Shown one piece after another: positions 24,716-36,386 of a stretch of 64,000 nt of DNA. The DNA is from an uncultured delta proteobacterium. Lineage in GTDB: Bacteria; Myxococcota; Myxococcia; Myxococcales; Anaeromyxobacteraceae. The notes beneath the pieces were generated by a model. That model worked only from the letters and a program-made list of their open reading frames with translations, did not search any database and had not been told where the DNA came from. A program made the position numbers and the translations under genes. Each line of letters begins with the position of its first letter. The first letter of the stretch is position 1. The stretch is from contig CAWHDZ010000016.1 in the NCBI GenBank assembly GCA_963828255.1, forward strand, positions 32,001 through 96,000, read 5' to 3'.

Positions 24716-26176
24716 ATGCGGCGCGCCGCGCTCATCGCGATCCTGGCAACCGGGCTGACCGGCTGCGCCACCTCCCGCTCCTCCTTCCGCTGCGAGGCCA
24801 GGGGCGGGCGGGGCTGGCTGGCCGTCTACTCCGACCAGTTCGTGGTGGTGACCGACCTCGACGAGGAGGACGCACGGGCGCTGGCGGCCGAGCTCGACCT
24901 GATCCGCATCGCGGTGGCGTCGTCCCTCTTCCAGAGGCGCCACGACCCGCCCGTGCGGGCCACCGTGATCGCCTTCCGCTCCACCGCCGACTACCAGGGC
25001 TTCGCCCCGGCCGGCTCGGCTGCCTACTACGCGCGTGGCACGGCCGAACCCAAGATCGTCATGCCCGGCAAGTTGGGGCTGGAGCAGCGGCGCGTGCTGG
25101 CCCACGAGCTGGCCCACCACGTCTCCTCCTACGTGCTCCTGCGGGAGCCGCGCTGGTTCTCGGAGGGGCTCGCCACCTGGGCCGAGACGGTGGGGACCAC
25201 GTCCACCGGGATCCGGATGGTCACCGGCGCCGTTCCGCCCGGGCGCCGGGTCCTGCCCCGGCCCCAGCGGATGCCCGCCCGGCAACTCCTCGCCTGGGAC
25301 GGGAGCGTGCCCTCCGGAGGGCTAGCCCCCTACTACGACGCGGCCTGGCTCACCGTGCACTACCTCGTGAACCAGCACCCCGAGGCCCTGCACGCCTTCG
25401 AGGGGCGTCTGGCCGGCGCCGAGGATCCCGACGACGCCTTCCGCGCCTCCTTCCCGCAGTGGAACCCCGACGTGCCCGGCGCGCTCGACCGGCTCGACGG
25501 GGAGCTCGACCTCTGGGCGCGCAACGGGCGCTTCGACGGCAAGCCCCTGCAGATCGACTCGAGGCCCAACATCAGCGTGCAGCCGGTCGAGCCGGCGGAG
25601 GTCCATGCCATCCGGCTGCTCCTCTGGACCGGGGGGGCGCCGCGGGAGGGGGACGATGTGGCGCGGCGCGCCGAGCTCGACGAGGGGCTGGCCGAGGACC
25701 CGTACCATCCGCTGCTGCTGCGCCATCTGGCCAAGCAAGACGGCAGGGATCCCTTGCCCCTGGCCCGCCTGGCCGTGAAGGGCCGTCCCGGCGACCCGAG
25801 GGCCTGGACCTTCCTCGCCGAGAGCCTCCCCCCGGACGCGGTCGCCGACCGGGAGGCCGCGCTGCGCAGGGCGACCGAGCTCGCCCCGTCGAACCCACTC
25901 GCCCTCTCCGCCCTCGCAGAGATGCTGCTCCAGGCGGGCCGGTCGGGCGAGGCGCTGCCGCCGGCGCGGAAGGCGGTGCAGCTCGGACCCTTCAGCCCGG
26001 ACGTCCTCGACACCTACGCCGCCGTCGCCGCCGACCTGGGCAACTGCCCGCAGGCGCAGCTCGCCTCCCGGCGCGCGCTCGACGTGTTCCCGGACGAGGG
26101 AGATCCGGCGCAGCGGGCCCGGCTGGAGACGCGCATGGCCGCCATCCGGGCGAGGTGCCGGCCGGAGGGGAAGTGA
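24716..26176 (+). CDS. Lipoprotein with HExxH (DUF1570/gluzincin-like) domain and C-terminal TPR repeats
   Basis: Lipobox LTGC, AHELAH...PRWFSEGLA and TPR-like helices. Confidence 0.7.
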   Translation: MRRAALIAILATGLTGCATSRSSFRCEARGGRGWLAVYSDQFVVVTDLDEEDARALAAELDLIRIAVASSLFQRRHDPPVRATVIAFRSTADYQGFAPAGSAAYYARGTAEPKIVMPGKLGLEQRRVLAHELAHHVSSYVLLREPRWFSEGLATWAETVGTTSTGIRMVTGAVPPGRRVLPRPQRMPARQLLAWDGSVPSGGLAPYYDAAWLTVHYLVNQHPEALHAFEGRLAGAEDPDDAFRASFPQWNPDVPGALDRLDGELDLWARNGRFDGKPLQIDSRPNISVQPVEPAEVHAIRLLLWTGGAPREGDDVARRAELDEGLAEDPYHPLLLRHLAKQDGRDPLPLARLAVKGRPGDPRAWTFLAESLPPDAVADREAALRRATELAPSNPLALSALAEMLLQAGRSGEALPPARKAVQLGPFSPDVLDTYAAVAADLGNCPQAQLASRRALDVFPDEGDPAQRARLETRMAAIRARCRPEGK

Positions 26177-26208
26177 TCCGGCCCCCGGTGCGGTATAAAA
26201 CCGCCACC

Positions 26209-27936
<1,728 letters not shown>

Positions 27937-27948
27937 GGGCGGGGACCG

Positions 27949-29235
27949 GTGCGCTCCCGCCTCGCCATCGGGCCGAACGACAGGGTCGCGCTGCCGCGCC
28001 ACGTCGCCGACTTGCTCGGCCTTCTCGACGGCGACCCGATCGAGCTGAAGGGGGTGCCGGGAGCCTTCGCCCTGCTGCAGGCGGCGGGGCGGGACAAGGT
28101 GGCGCCCTACCTGGCCGGATCGCTCAAGTCGCTGTCGGCGCCGGAGGTGTTCCACTTCCTGGCCACGTCGATCAAGACCGGGACGCTGCTCCTCTCCTTC
28201 GGCGCAGGGCACGACACGCCGCTGCCCGACGCGCCCGCGGGGCTCCGCCGCAAGACGGTGAGCTTCAAGGAGGGGCAGGTGACCTTCGCCTCGTCGAGCG
28301 AGCGGGCCGACAGGCTCCCGTCCGTGCTCTGGCGGGCCGGGCTCGTGCCCGCCGAGGAGCTCACGCGCTGCGGGAGGCTCGTCCAGGCCGGCCGGCCGCT
28401 CGGCCAGGTGCTCGTCGAGGAGGGGCTGCTCGACCCCGGCCAGCTCTACGGCGCGATGACCCTGCAGATCCGCGAGATCGTGCTGGGAGCCTTCCTGGAG
28501 GACGATGGGGAATTCGTCTTCGTGGAGGGGAGGCCCGACGAGCGGAACGCCGTCCGCCTTCCCGAGCGAACCCACGAGATCCTGCTCGAGGGAATGCGGC
28601 GGCGTGCCGAGGTGGACCGGCTCGCGACCACCCTTCCGGATCGCGACGCCGTGGCCCGACGGAGGCCCGGAGCAGCCGGGGAGCCCGGCCCCCGCGCCAG
28701 GCGGCTCCTCGAGATCATCGACGGCGCGCGCACGGTCCGGCGCGCCCTCGACGACTCCTGGCTCGGGCTCCACGAGGGGACCGTGGCCCTCGACGAGCTG
28801 GTCCGGGGAGGCTTCGTCGAGGCGGTGGCGTCCCGCGCCGCGCCACCCGCCCAGGCGCCCCCGCCTCCCATCCCCTCCGGCGGGCCGTTCGAGGCCTACG
28901 CCCGGATCATCCGGCACGTCTACGAGGAGCTGTCCCGCGTCCAGGCCGACGCCGGCCGGCGGCTGGAGAGCTTCTTCGAGCGGATGCCCCCGGAGCGGCG
29001 CGCCGTCTTCGACGGGGTCCGCATCGACGCCGACGGACGCATCGACGTGGCGCAGCTCATCCTGAACGTCGGGGAGGGGTCGCCGCGGCCGGGACCGGCG
29101 GCGCGCGCCCGGGCGCTCGACGCGCTGGAGTCCTTCCTGACCTTCGCGCTCTTCGAGGTGGGGAACTGCCTGCCTCCGCCCGAGGCCGCGCGGGTGCTCG
29201 GCGAGGTGGGGCGCATGCAGGCGGGGGCGCCATGA
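27949..29235 (+). CDS. DUF4388-domain protein with AbrB-like N-terminus
   Basis: LAGSL....APEV..FL....KTG.L, F.EG.V.FASS, LGQVLVE.G and GEFVF, followed by a wHTH-like segment (IDGARTV). Confidence 0.75.
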   Translation: MRSRLAIGPNDRVALPRHVADLLGLLDGDPIELKGVPGAFALLQAAGRDKVAPYLAGSLKSLSAPEVFHFLATSIKTGTLLLSFGAGHDTPLPDAPAGLRRKTVSFKEGQVTFASSSERADRLPSVLWRAGLVPAEELTRCGRLVQAGRPLGQVLVEEGLLDPGQLYGAMTLQIREIVLGAFLEDDGEFVFVEGRPDERNAVRLPERTHEILLEGMRRRAEVDRLATTLPDRDAVARRRPGAAGEPGPRARRLLEIIDGARTVRRALDDSWLGLHEGTVALDELVRGGFVEAVASRAAPPAQAPPPPIPSGGPFEAYARIIRHVYEELSRVQADAGRRLESFFERMPPERRAVFDGVRIDADGRIDVAQLILNVGEGSPRPGPAARARALDALESFLTFALFEVGNCLPPPEAARVLGEVGRMQAGAP

Positions 29236-29942
29236 GCCGTCCGGGACGGGAGCGCATCTGCGCCGCCATCGACTTTCCCACGTGGCGCGAGGCGGAGCCC
29301 TTCGCCCGCGCCGTGGCACCGGAGGTCGGGATGCTCAAGGTGGGGCTCGAGCTCTTCGCCGCCGAGGGGCCGGCGGCGGTCCGCGCCGCAGCGGGGCTGG
29401 GGCGCCCGGTCTTCCTCGACCTCAAGCTGCACGACATCCCCAACACCGTGGAGGGGGCCGCCCGCAGCGCCGCGGCATCCGGAGCTTCGCTGCTCACCGT
29501 CCACGCCGCCGGTGGCGACGAGATGGTGCGCGCCGCGGTGCGGGGTGCGGCCGGGCGGCTTCACGTCCTGGCCGTGACCGTGCTCACCAGCCTGGACGAC
29601 GCGGCGCTCGGGCGCATCGGGCTCGCCGGCCCGGCCGCCGAGGCCGTGGTCCGGCTGGCGCGCCTCGCCGTTGGAGCGGGGGCCGACGGACTGGTCTGCT
29701 CGCCGCACGAGGTGGCCGCCGTCCGGGCTGCCGTGGGGCCGGGGCCGCTGCTGGTCGTCCCGGGTGTCCGTCCGCCGGGCGCGTCGCGGGGCGACCAGGC
29801 CCGGGTGGCCACGCCGGCCGAGGCGGTGGCGGCAGGGGCCGACGTCGTCGTGATCGGGAGGCCGCTGCGGGAGGGCGGTGATCCGGCGGCGGCGGCAAGG
29901 GCGATCGCGGCGACGCTTCGGGAAGGAGGGAGGGCGGGATGA
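29232..29942 (+). CDS. pyrF: Orotidine-5'-phosphate decarboxylase
   Basis: [31 protein letters not shown] and DQ.R..TP. Confidence 0.97.
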   Translation: MSRPGRERICAAIDFPTWREAEPFARAVAPEVGMLKVGLELFAAEGPAAVRAAAGLGRPVFLDLKLHDIPNTVEGAARSAAASGASLLTVHAAGGDEMVRAAVRGAAGRLHVLAVTVLTSLDDAALGRIGLAGPAAEAVVRLARLAVGAGADGLVCSPHEVAAVRAAVGPGPLLVVPGVRPPGASRGDQARVATPAEAVAAGADVVVIGRPLREGGDPAAAARAIAATLREGGRAG

Positions 29943-30730
29943 TCCAGGGGATCTTCGGCGGCTACCCGATCTGGGTGGTCTTTGTGGGGACGGTGGTCGT
30001 CCTGGGCGCCGCCGCGAAGGTCGGTCACCTGATCGGCGCCCGGATGCGGGCCCGTCTCGGCGAGGCGGCCCCCCCCGACCTGGGGGCCGCGCTGGGCGGC
30101 CTGCTGGGGCTCCTCGCCCTGCTGCTCGCCTTCACCTTCGCCATGGCGGGTCAGCGGTTCGACTGGCGCAAGGCGCTCGTCGTGGACGAGGCGAACGCCA
30201 TCGGGACCGCCTGGCTGCGGGCCGACCTCATCCCCGAGCCGCAGGCCGCGCAGGCTCGCCAGGTGCTGCGGGCCTACGCCCAGGCCCGGGCCGACGTCAT
30301 GGAGGCCTCGAGGCGTGCCGAGGCGATCGCGCGCTCCGAGAGGCTCCAGTCCGAGCTGTGGGGCATCACCCGGGCCGCCGCCGCTGCGGCCCCGACCCCG
30401 ACGGTGGCACTGTTCGTCGTCGCCGTGAACGAGGTGATCGACGTTCACGGGCTGCGCGTCCAGGCCGCGCTGCGCAACCGCATCCCTCCCACGATCTTCG
30501 TGACCCTCCTCGCGGTGGCGATCCTCGTCATGGCGGCGACCGGCTACGCCGGCGGGCTCACCCGGGAGAGGAGCTCTCTCTCGAGCATCCTCCTGGTCTT
30601 GGTGCTCGCGGTGGTCATCACGCTGATCCTGGATCTCGACCGGCCCTACGACGGGCTCCTCACGGTGAGCCAGCAGGCGATCGTGGACGTGCTCCAGTCA
30701 ATGGGGCCGGCCGGGCGGCAGACGCCCTGA
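29939..30730 (+). CDS. DUF4239/bestrophin-like membrane protein
   Basis: Four hydrophobic segments, [18 protein letters not shown] and DLDRP..G. Confidence 0.7.
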   Translation: MIQGIFGGYPIWVVFVGTVVVLGAAAKVGHLIGARMRARLGEAAPPDLGAALGGLLGLLALLLAFTFAMAGQRFDWRKALVVDEANAIGTAWLRADLIPEPQAAQARQVLRAYAQARADVMEASRRAEAIARSERLQSELWGITRAAAAAAPTPTVALFVVAVNEVIDVHGLRVQAALRNRIPPTIFVTLLAVAILVMAATGYAGGLTRERSSLSSILLVLVLAVVITLILDLDRPYDGLLTVSQQAIVDVLQSMGPAGRQTP

Positions 30731-30751
30731 TGGAACGAGGGCGATCCTCGA

Positions 30752-31420
30752 TCAGCGCCCGCTGCGTCGGAGCAGGACGTAGATGGCCCCCGCGCCCCCG
30801 TCCTGCGGCCTCGCCGTCGCGAAGGCGAGGACGTGCCTCCCGAACCGCGCCGTGGCGAGCCAGCTGCGAAGCGCCTCCTTCAGCACCGGCACCTGGTCCC
30901 TGGAGTGGAGCCCGCGCCCGTGCACGAGCAGCACGCAGCGCTTCCCCTGCTCCCGGGACCGGCGCAGGAAGCCGTCCACCTCCCCCTTGGCCTCCGCCCG
31001 CGACTTTCCGTGAAGGTCGAGGTGGGCCTGGACCGAGAAGTCCCCGCGGCGGAGCTTGCGGACCAGGGCGGGGTCGAGGCCCGAGACCCAGCCCTCGATG
31101 AACTCGTCGGTGTCGGAGATGTCGAAGGGGGCCTCGCCCGAGACCAGCGCCTCGAGCTCCTTCAGGGCGTCGAGGTCCGGGTGCCAGAACTCCGGTGCGG
31201 GGGGCTGTCGCCGCCCCGGCTCGACCACCTTGTTCCGCTCCTCCACCGGGCGCGCGCCCTCGATGGCAGCGGCCCACAGGTCGGCGTCGGTGGGCTCGGG
31301 GCGGGGAGGGGGAGGCGGTGGCGGAGCCGGTTTCGGTGGAACCACCGGCGCGGAGGCGTGCTTCCGCAGCTCCTTCAGCTTCCCGAATGGGTTGTGGAAC
31401 GGCTTCTTGTTCGCGGCCAC
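30752..31420 (-). CDS. Smr/MutS2-domain protein
   Basis: LRRG......LDLHG, VHGRG.HS and GGAGA.YVLL. Confidence 0.9.
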   Translation of the reverse strand: MAANKKPFHNPFGKLKELRKHASAPVVPPKPAPPPPPPPRPEPTDADLWAAAIEGARPVEERNKVVEPGRRQPPAPEFWHPDLDALKELEALVSGEAPFDISDTDEFIEGWVSGLDPALVRKLRRGDFSVQAHLDLHGKSRAEAKGEVDGFLRRSREQGKRCVLLVHGRGLHSRDQVPVLKEALRSWLATARFGRHVLAFATARPQDGGAGAIYVLLRRSGR

Positions 31421-31445
31421 GCCTCCCGGACTATAACTGCCCGGC

Positions 31446-32165
31446 ATGCCAGAACCCATCGTCGAGGCCGTGGACGTCGCCAAGGTCTACCAGCTCGGCA
31501 AGACCGAGGTGCACGCGCTCCGCCACGTGGACCTCACGGTCGAGCGGGGCGAGTTCCTCTCCATCGCGGGCCCCTCCGGGAGCGGCAAGACCACGCTCCT
31601 CAACCTCATCGGCGGCGTGGACGTGCCCAGCTCGGGCACCGTGCGGGTGGACGGCGAGGACACCTCCAAGCTCACCGAGCGCGCCCTCACCCGGCTGCGC
31701 CTCGACCACATCGGCTTCATCTTCCAGACCTTCAACCTGGTGGCGGTGCTCACCGTCTTCCAGAACGTCGAGTTCCCGCTCCTCCTGCAGGGGCGAATGA
31801 CCTCCCCGGAGCGGCGACGGAGGGTGAACGCGCTCCTCGAGTCGGTGGGGCTCGCCGACCACTCCCGCCACCGCCCCAGCGAGCTCTCGGGCGGCCAGCG
31901 GCAGCGCGTGGCCGTGGCCCGGGCGCTGGTCGGGAACCCCCCGCTGGTCCTGGCCGACGAGCCCACCGCCAACCTCGACTCGAAGACCGGCGGGAACATC
32001 ATCGATCTGATGCGCGAGATGAACCGGCGCGACGGGACCACCTTCATCTTCTCCACCCACGACCCCAAGGTGATGTCCCACGCCAGCGCCATCGTCCGGC
32101 TCGAGGACGGGCGGGTGGTGGGGCGCGAGACGGCCCAGGGGGCAGGGGGAGACGAGGCACGGTGA
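31446..32165 (+). CDS. ABC transporter ATPase (LolD/MacB family)
   Basis: GPSGSGKTT, IGFIFQTFNL, LSGGQRQRVA, ADEPTANLD and STHD. Confidence 0.93.
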   Translation: MPEPIVEAVDVAKVYQLGKTEVHALRHVDLTVERGEFLSIAGPSGSGKTTLLNLIGGVDVPSSGTVRVDGEDTSKLTERALTRLRLDHIGFIFQTFNLVAVLTVFQNVEFPLLLQGRMTSPERRRRVNALLESVGLADHSRHRPSELSGGQRQRVAVARALVGNPPLVLADEPTANLDSKTGGNIIDLMREMNRRDGTTFIFSTHDPKVMSHASAIVRLEDGRVVGRETAQGAGGDEAR

Positions 32166-34303
32166 GCACCACCTCCTCCCGCGTGCGGCAGGGGCGGATC
32201 CTGCTCGAGATGGCCATGCGCAACCTGGTCGCGAGCCGGGTGCGCACGCTGGTCGTGGGCGGGATCGTGGCCCTGGGCGTGGTCGTCGTGGTCCTGGGAA
32301 GCTCGCTCCTCGACTCCATCGACGTGGGCATGACCCGCAGCATCCAGGACAGCCTGGGCGGCCACGTGCAGCTCTACAACGCCGCCTCGCGCGACCCGCT
32401 GGCCCTCTACGGCGGGACCATGGGCGAGTCGGTGCTCGAGCCCATCGAGGACTTCGCGCGGCTCAAGGCGGCGGCGCTCTCCGTGCCCGGCGTGAAGCAG
32501 GTCGTCCCCATGGGCATCGACCAGGCCATGGTCTCGATGGGGAACGTCTTCGACGTGGCGCTGGAGCGGCTGCGCGCCGACGTGCGCCGCCGCCTCGACC
32601 AGGGCGCCCCCGCCGAGGACCCGGACTACGAGGCCCACAAGGACCACCTGCGCCGCATGGCCACGCTGCTCCAGCAGGAGCTCCGCCAGGCACGCGAGAT
32701 CGCCGACGAGACCTCCGGCGTCTACAAGGACCGAAAGGCCGACTTCGACGCGCTGGAGCAGGCGGTGCAGGGCGGCTTCTGGGGCCAGTTCGACCGGGAC
32801 CCCCTGGCCTCGCTCGAGTTCCTGGAGAACCGGGTGGCCCCGCTCTCCCTCGACGGCGGCTTCACCTTCATCCGCTACGTGGGCACCGACCCGGAGGCCT
32901 TCCAGAAGGCCTTCCCGGGGGCGCAGGTGGTCGAGGGCGCAGCCATTCCACCCGGCCAGCGCGGCGTGCTGCTCGGCAAGCTCTACGCCGAGGAGTGGCT
33001 CAAGCTCCGGGCGGCCCGGCGGCTCGACAAGATCAAGGAGGCCCGCGAGCTGCACGGCCGCAAGATCGCCGGGGACGAGGAGCTGCAGCGCTGGGTGAAG
33101 GAGAACACCGGCCAGACCCGCGACATCCTGCTCCAGCTCGACCCGGTCAAGACCCGGGAGGCGGTGCGGCGGCTCCAGGCGGCGCTGGGATCCCAGGAGA
33201 CCGATCCGGCCCGGCTCGTGTCCGAGCTCCTCGACACCGACGACCGGAACTTCGACGAGCGCTACCGGATCTTCTACGGGCAGCTGGCTCCCCTCCTCCA
33301 GCTCTACACGGTCAAGGTCGGCGACTTCATCACCATCAAGGCACCCTCGCGCAGCGGCTACGTGAACTCGGTGAACGTCCCGGTGTACGGCTTCGTGGAG
33401 TTCCGCGGGCTCGAGCGCTCGGCGCTGGCCGGGATGATGAGCGTCATGGACATCCACTCCTGGCGCGACCTCTACGGCTACCTGACGCCGGAGCGGGCCG
33501 CCGAGATCAGGAAGCTGAAGGAGCGGGCCGGGGTCACGGCGGTGGCCCGGGAGGACGCCGAGGCGGCCCTCTTCGGCGAGGGCGCTCCCGCACCGGCGGC
33601 GGCGGCCGCGCCCCGGGCCGTGGACGAGGAGGGGCTGCTCGCCGGAGCGAGCGGGCGGCAGTCCCGCGAGGACCTCTTCCAGCGCCGCTACACCCCGGCC
33701 GAGACCGACGCCGGCGTGGCGCTCAACGCGGCGGTGATCCTCGACGACCCCCGCCGCATCGACGAGATCATGCCGAAGCTCGTGGCGGCGGCGGCCGGGG
33801 CGGGGATGAAGGTCAAGGCGGTCACCTGGCTCGAGGCGGCCGGCATCGTGGGCCAGTCGATGGGGCTGCTCCGCATGGTGCTCTACCTGGCCGTGCTCAT
33901 CATCTTCGCGGTGGCGCTCGTCATCATCAACAACGCCATGGTCATGGCCACGCTCCAGCGGGTGAAGGAGATCGGCACCATGCGGGCCATCGGGGCGCAG
34001 CGCCGCTTCGTGCTGGTGCTGGTGGTGGTCGAGGTGGTCACCACGGGCCTGGTCTTCGGCGGGCTGGGCTCTGCGCTGGGAATCCTCATCGTCCACGCCG
34101 TCGGCTGGACCGGCGGCATCGCCGCCACCAACGACACCATGTACTTCCTCTTCTCCGGCCCGGCCCTCATCCCGCGGCTGGGCACGGCCAGCCTGGTCAC
34201 CTCGGTGGTCATCGTCTTCCTGGTGTCGATCCTCTCGGCCCTCTACCCCGCCGCGCTGGCCATGCGGGTGACGCCGCTCGAGGCCATGCAATCGGACGAC
34301 TGA
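32162..34303 (+). CDS. FtsX/MacB-like ABC permease with very large periplasmic domain
   Basis: AMRNL...RVRT, one N-terminal TM, a long soluble region, then QR.KEIGTMRAIGA and P.EA at the C-terminus. Confidence 0.85.
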   Translation: MSTTSSRVRQGRILLEMAMRNLVASRVRTLVVGGIVALGVVVVVLGSSLLDSIDVGMTRSIQDSLGGHVQLYNAASRDPLALYGGTMGESVLEPIEDFARLKAAALSVPGVKQVVPMGIDQAMVSMGNVFDVALERLRADVRRRLDQGAPAEDPDYEAHKDHLRRMATLLQQELRQAREIADETSGVYKDRKADFDALEQAVQGGFWGQFDRDPLASLEFLENRVAPLSLDGGFTFIRYVGTDPEAFQKAFPGAQVVEGAAIPPGQRGVLLGKLYAEEWLKLRAARRLDKIKEARELHGRKIAGDEELQRWVKENTGQTRDILLQLDPVKTREAVRRLQAALGSQETDPARLVSELLDTDDRNFDERYRIFYGQLAPLLQLYTVKVGDFITIKAPSRSGYVNSVNVPVYGFVEFRGLERSALAGMMSVMDIHSWRDLYGYLTPERAAEIRKLKERAGVTAVAREDAEAALFGEGAPAPAAAAAPRAVDEEGLLAGASGRQSREDLFQRRYTPAETDAGVALNAAVILDDPRRIDEIMPKLVAAAAGAGMKVKAVTWLEAAGIVGQSMGLLRMVLYLAVLIIFAVALVIINNAMVMATLQRVKEIGTMRAIGAQRRFVLVLVVVEVVTTGLVFGGLGSALGILIVHAVGWTGGIAATNDTMYFLFSGPALIPRLGTASLVTSVVIVFLVSILSALYPAALAMRVTPLEAMQSDD

Positions 34304-35610
34304 TGATCGCCACCGACCTCTTCATCGCCGCCCGCAACCTGGCCCGCCACACGCGGCGCAACGTGCTGCTCGCCTCGGCCATCGCCGTGGTGACCGCGAT
34401 GCTGGTGCTGCTCGGCGGCCTCACCACCGGGATGCGCGAGGCCATGCTCCACTCGGCCACCACCCTCATGACCGGCCACGTGAACCTGGCGGGGTTCTTC
34501 AAGATCACGAGCGGCACGGCCGCCCCGGTCGTGGCCGGCTGGGAGAAGCCCTGGGACGCGGTGAAGGACAAGATCCCCGAGCTGGTCTACGCGGCGCCGC
34601 GCGGCCGCGGCTGGGCCAAGGCGGTGGCCGACGGCGGGTCGATGGACCTCATCCTGGCCGGGGTGGAGCTCGACCGGGAGCCCGGGTTCCGCAACGTCAT
34701 CCAGGTGGTGGAGGGCAGCATCGACGAGCTCGGCAAGCCGGGCACCATCCTCGTCTTCGAGGACCAGGCCAAGCGACTCGGGGTGAAGCCCGGCGACACG
34801 CTGACCCTCTCCGCCCCCACCACCCGCGGCGCCAGCAACACCGCCGACGTGCGTGTGGGCGCGGTGGCCCGCAACATCGGCCTCCTCTCCGCATTCAACG
34901 CCTTCATCCCGGCCGAGACCCTGCGCCAGCTCTACCAGATGAAGGCCGGGACCACCGGCGCGGTGCAGCTCTACCTGAAGGACGCCGACGACTCGGCCAA
35001 GGTGGCGGCCCGGCTCCGCGACGCCCTCCGGGAGGCCGGATACAGGGTCATGGACGCCGACCCCCAGCCCTACTGGCAGAAGCTCATGTTCAAGGTGAAC
35101 GCCGAGGACTGGACCGGCCAGAAGCTCGACGTGACGACCTGGGAGGACGAGATGAGCTTCCTCTCCTGGATCGTCACCGCCGTGACCTGGCTGGGCAACG
35201 TCCTCGTCACCGTGCTCATGGTCATCGTGGCGGTGGGCATCGTGAACACGCTGGCCATCGCCATCCGGGAGCGGACCCGGGAGATCGGCACCCTGCGCGC
35301 CATCGGCATGCAGCGCACCCAGGTGCTGCGCCTCACCCTCATGGAGGCCTTCCTCCTGGGCCTCGCCGGGGCGCTCCTGGGAGCGGCCCTCGGGGCCGTG
35401 GTGGGCGCGGGAATCAACGCCGCCTCCATCGAGCTTCCCGAGACCATGCAGTACTTCCTGCTGCAGCGGAACCTGCACCTGGCCATCCACCCCGGGCAGG
35501 TGGCCGTCTACGTCGCCTTCGTGACCGCGCTCACCACCGTCGCCGCCATCTGGCCGTCGGCCTATGCCGCGCGGATGCGGCCGGTCACCGCCATGCACCA
35601 CGCCGGGTGA
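34303..35610 (+). CDS. FtsX/LolE-like ABC permease
   Basis: AARNL.R..RR, ERTREIGTLRAIGM and AARMRPVTAM. Confidence 0.88.
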   Translation: MIATDLFIAARNLARHTRRNVLLASAIAVVTAMLVLLGGLTTGMREAMLHSATTLMTGHVNLAGFFKITSGTAAPVVAGWEKPWDAVKDKIPELVYAAPRGRGWAKAVADGGSMDLILAGVELDREPGFRNVIQVVEGSIDELGKPGTILVFEDQAKRLGVKPGDTLTLSAPTTRGASNTADVRVGAVARNIGLLSAFNAFIPAETLRQLYQMKAGTTGAVQLYLKDADDSAKVAARLRDALREAGYRVMDADPQPYWQKLMFKVNAEDWTGQKLDVTTWEDEMSFLSWIVTAVTWLGNVLVTVLMVIVAVGIVNTLAIAIRERTREIGTLRAIGMQRTQVLRLTLMEAFLLGLAGALLGAALGAVVGAGINAASIELPETMQYFLLQRNLHLAIHPGQVAVYVAFVTALTTVAAIWPSAYAARMRPVTAMHHAG

Positions 35611-36386
35611 ACTCCATGCGAATCCTCCCCCTCCTCCTGCTCGCCCTCCTGCTCGCCCCGCCTTCGGCGCGCGCCCTCGACCAGGCCGGGACCGACCGGG
35701 TCATCCGCAACATCGACGAGATGGAGCGCTCCGGGGGGGACTACAAGGCCCTCGCCTACATGGAGGCCAAGGAGAAGGACAAGACCGACGTGGTCTACGA
35801 ACTGCTCGCCTACCGGCGCTCCGGGGACCAGAAGCTCATGTTCCTCTTCCTGGAGCCCAAGTCGGAGGCGGGGAAGGGCTACCTGCGCATCGAGAAGAAC
35901 CTCTGGTTCTACGACCCGCGGGTGGGACGCTGGGAGCGGCGCACCGAGCGGGAGCGCATCGGCGGGACGGACACGCGCCGGGGAGACCTGGACGAGTCGC
36001 GCCTCTCCGAGGAGTACGCCGCCACGTGGGAGGCAGACGAGAAGCTGGGCAAGTTCGAGGTGCACCGCATCCTGCTCAACGCCCGGCCCGAGGTGGACGT
36101 GGCCTTCCCCACTGTGCGACTCTGGGTGAACAAGGAGAACGGCGTGGTGCTCAAGCGCCAGGATCTGGCCCTCTCCGGCCGCCTCATGCGCACCGCCTAC
36201 TACCCGCGCTGGAAGAAGGTCCGCAGCGAGTCGAAGAAGGGCGACGTCTGGTTCGCCGAGGAGATGCGCATCTACGACGAGGTCGAGAAGGCCAACCAGA
36301 CCCTCATCCTCATCAAGTCGGTGGACACGCGCCCGCTCGAGGCCAACCTCTTCACCAAGGCCTGGCTCGAGTCCAAGAGCCGGTGA
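35607..36386 (+). CDS. Outer-membrane lipoprotein-sorting (LolA-like) periplasmic protein
   Basis: Signal peptide, F.EP....G.GYL....NLW.Y.P, GTD....D and FTKAWLE. Alternative ATG at 35616. Confidence 0.75.
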   Translation: MNSMRILPLLLLALLLAPPSARALDQAGTDRVIRNIDEMERSGGDYKALAYMEAKEKDKTDVVYELLAYRRSGDQKLMFLFLEPKSEAGKGYLRIEKNLWFYDPRVGRWERRTERERIGGTDTRRGDLDESRLSEEYAATWEADEKLGKFEVHRILLNARPEVDVAFPTVRLWVNKENGVVLKRQDLALSGRLMRTAYYPRWKKVRSESKKGDVWFAEEMRIYDEVEKANQTLILIKSVDTRPLEANLFTKAWLESKSR

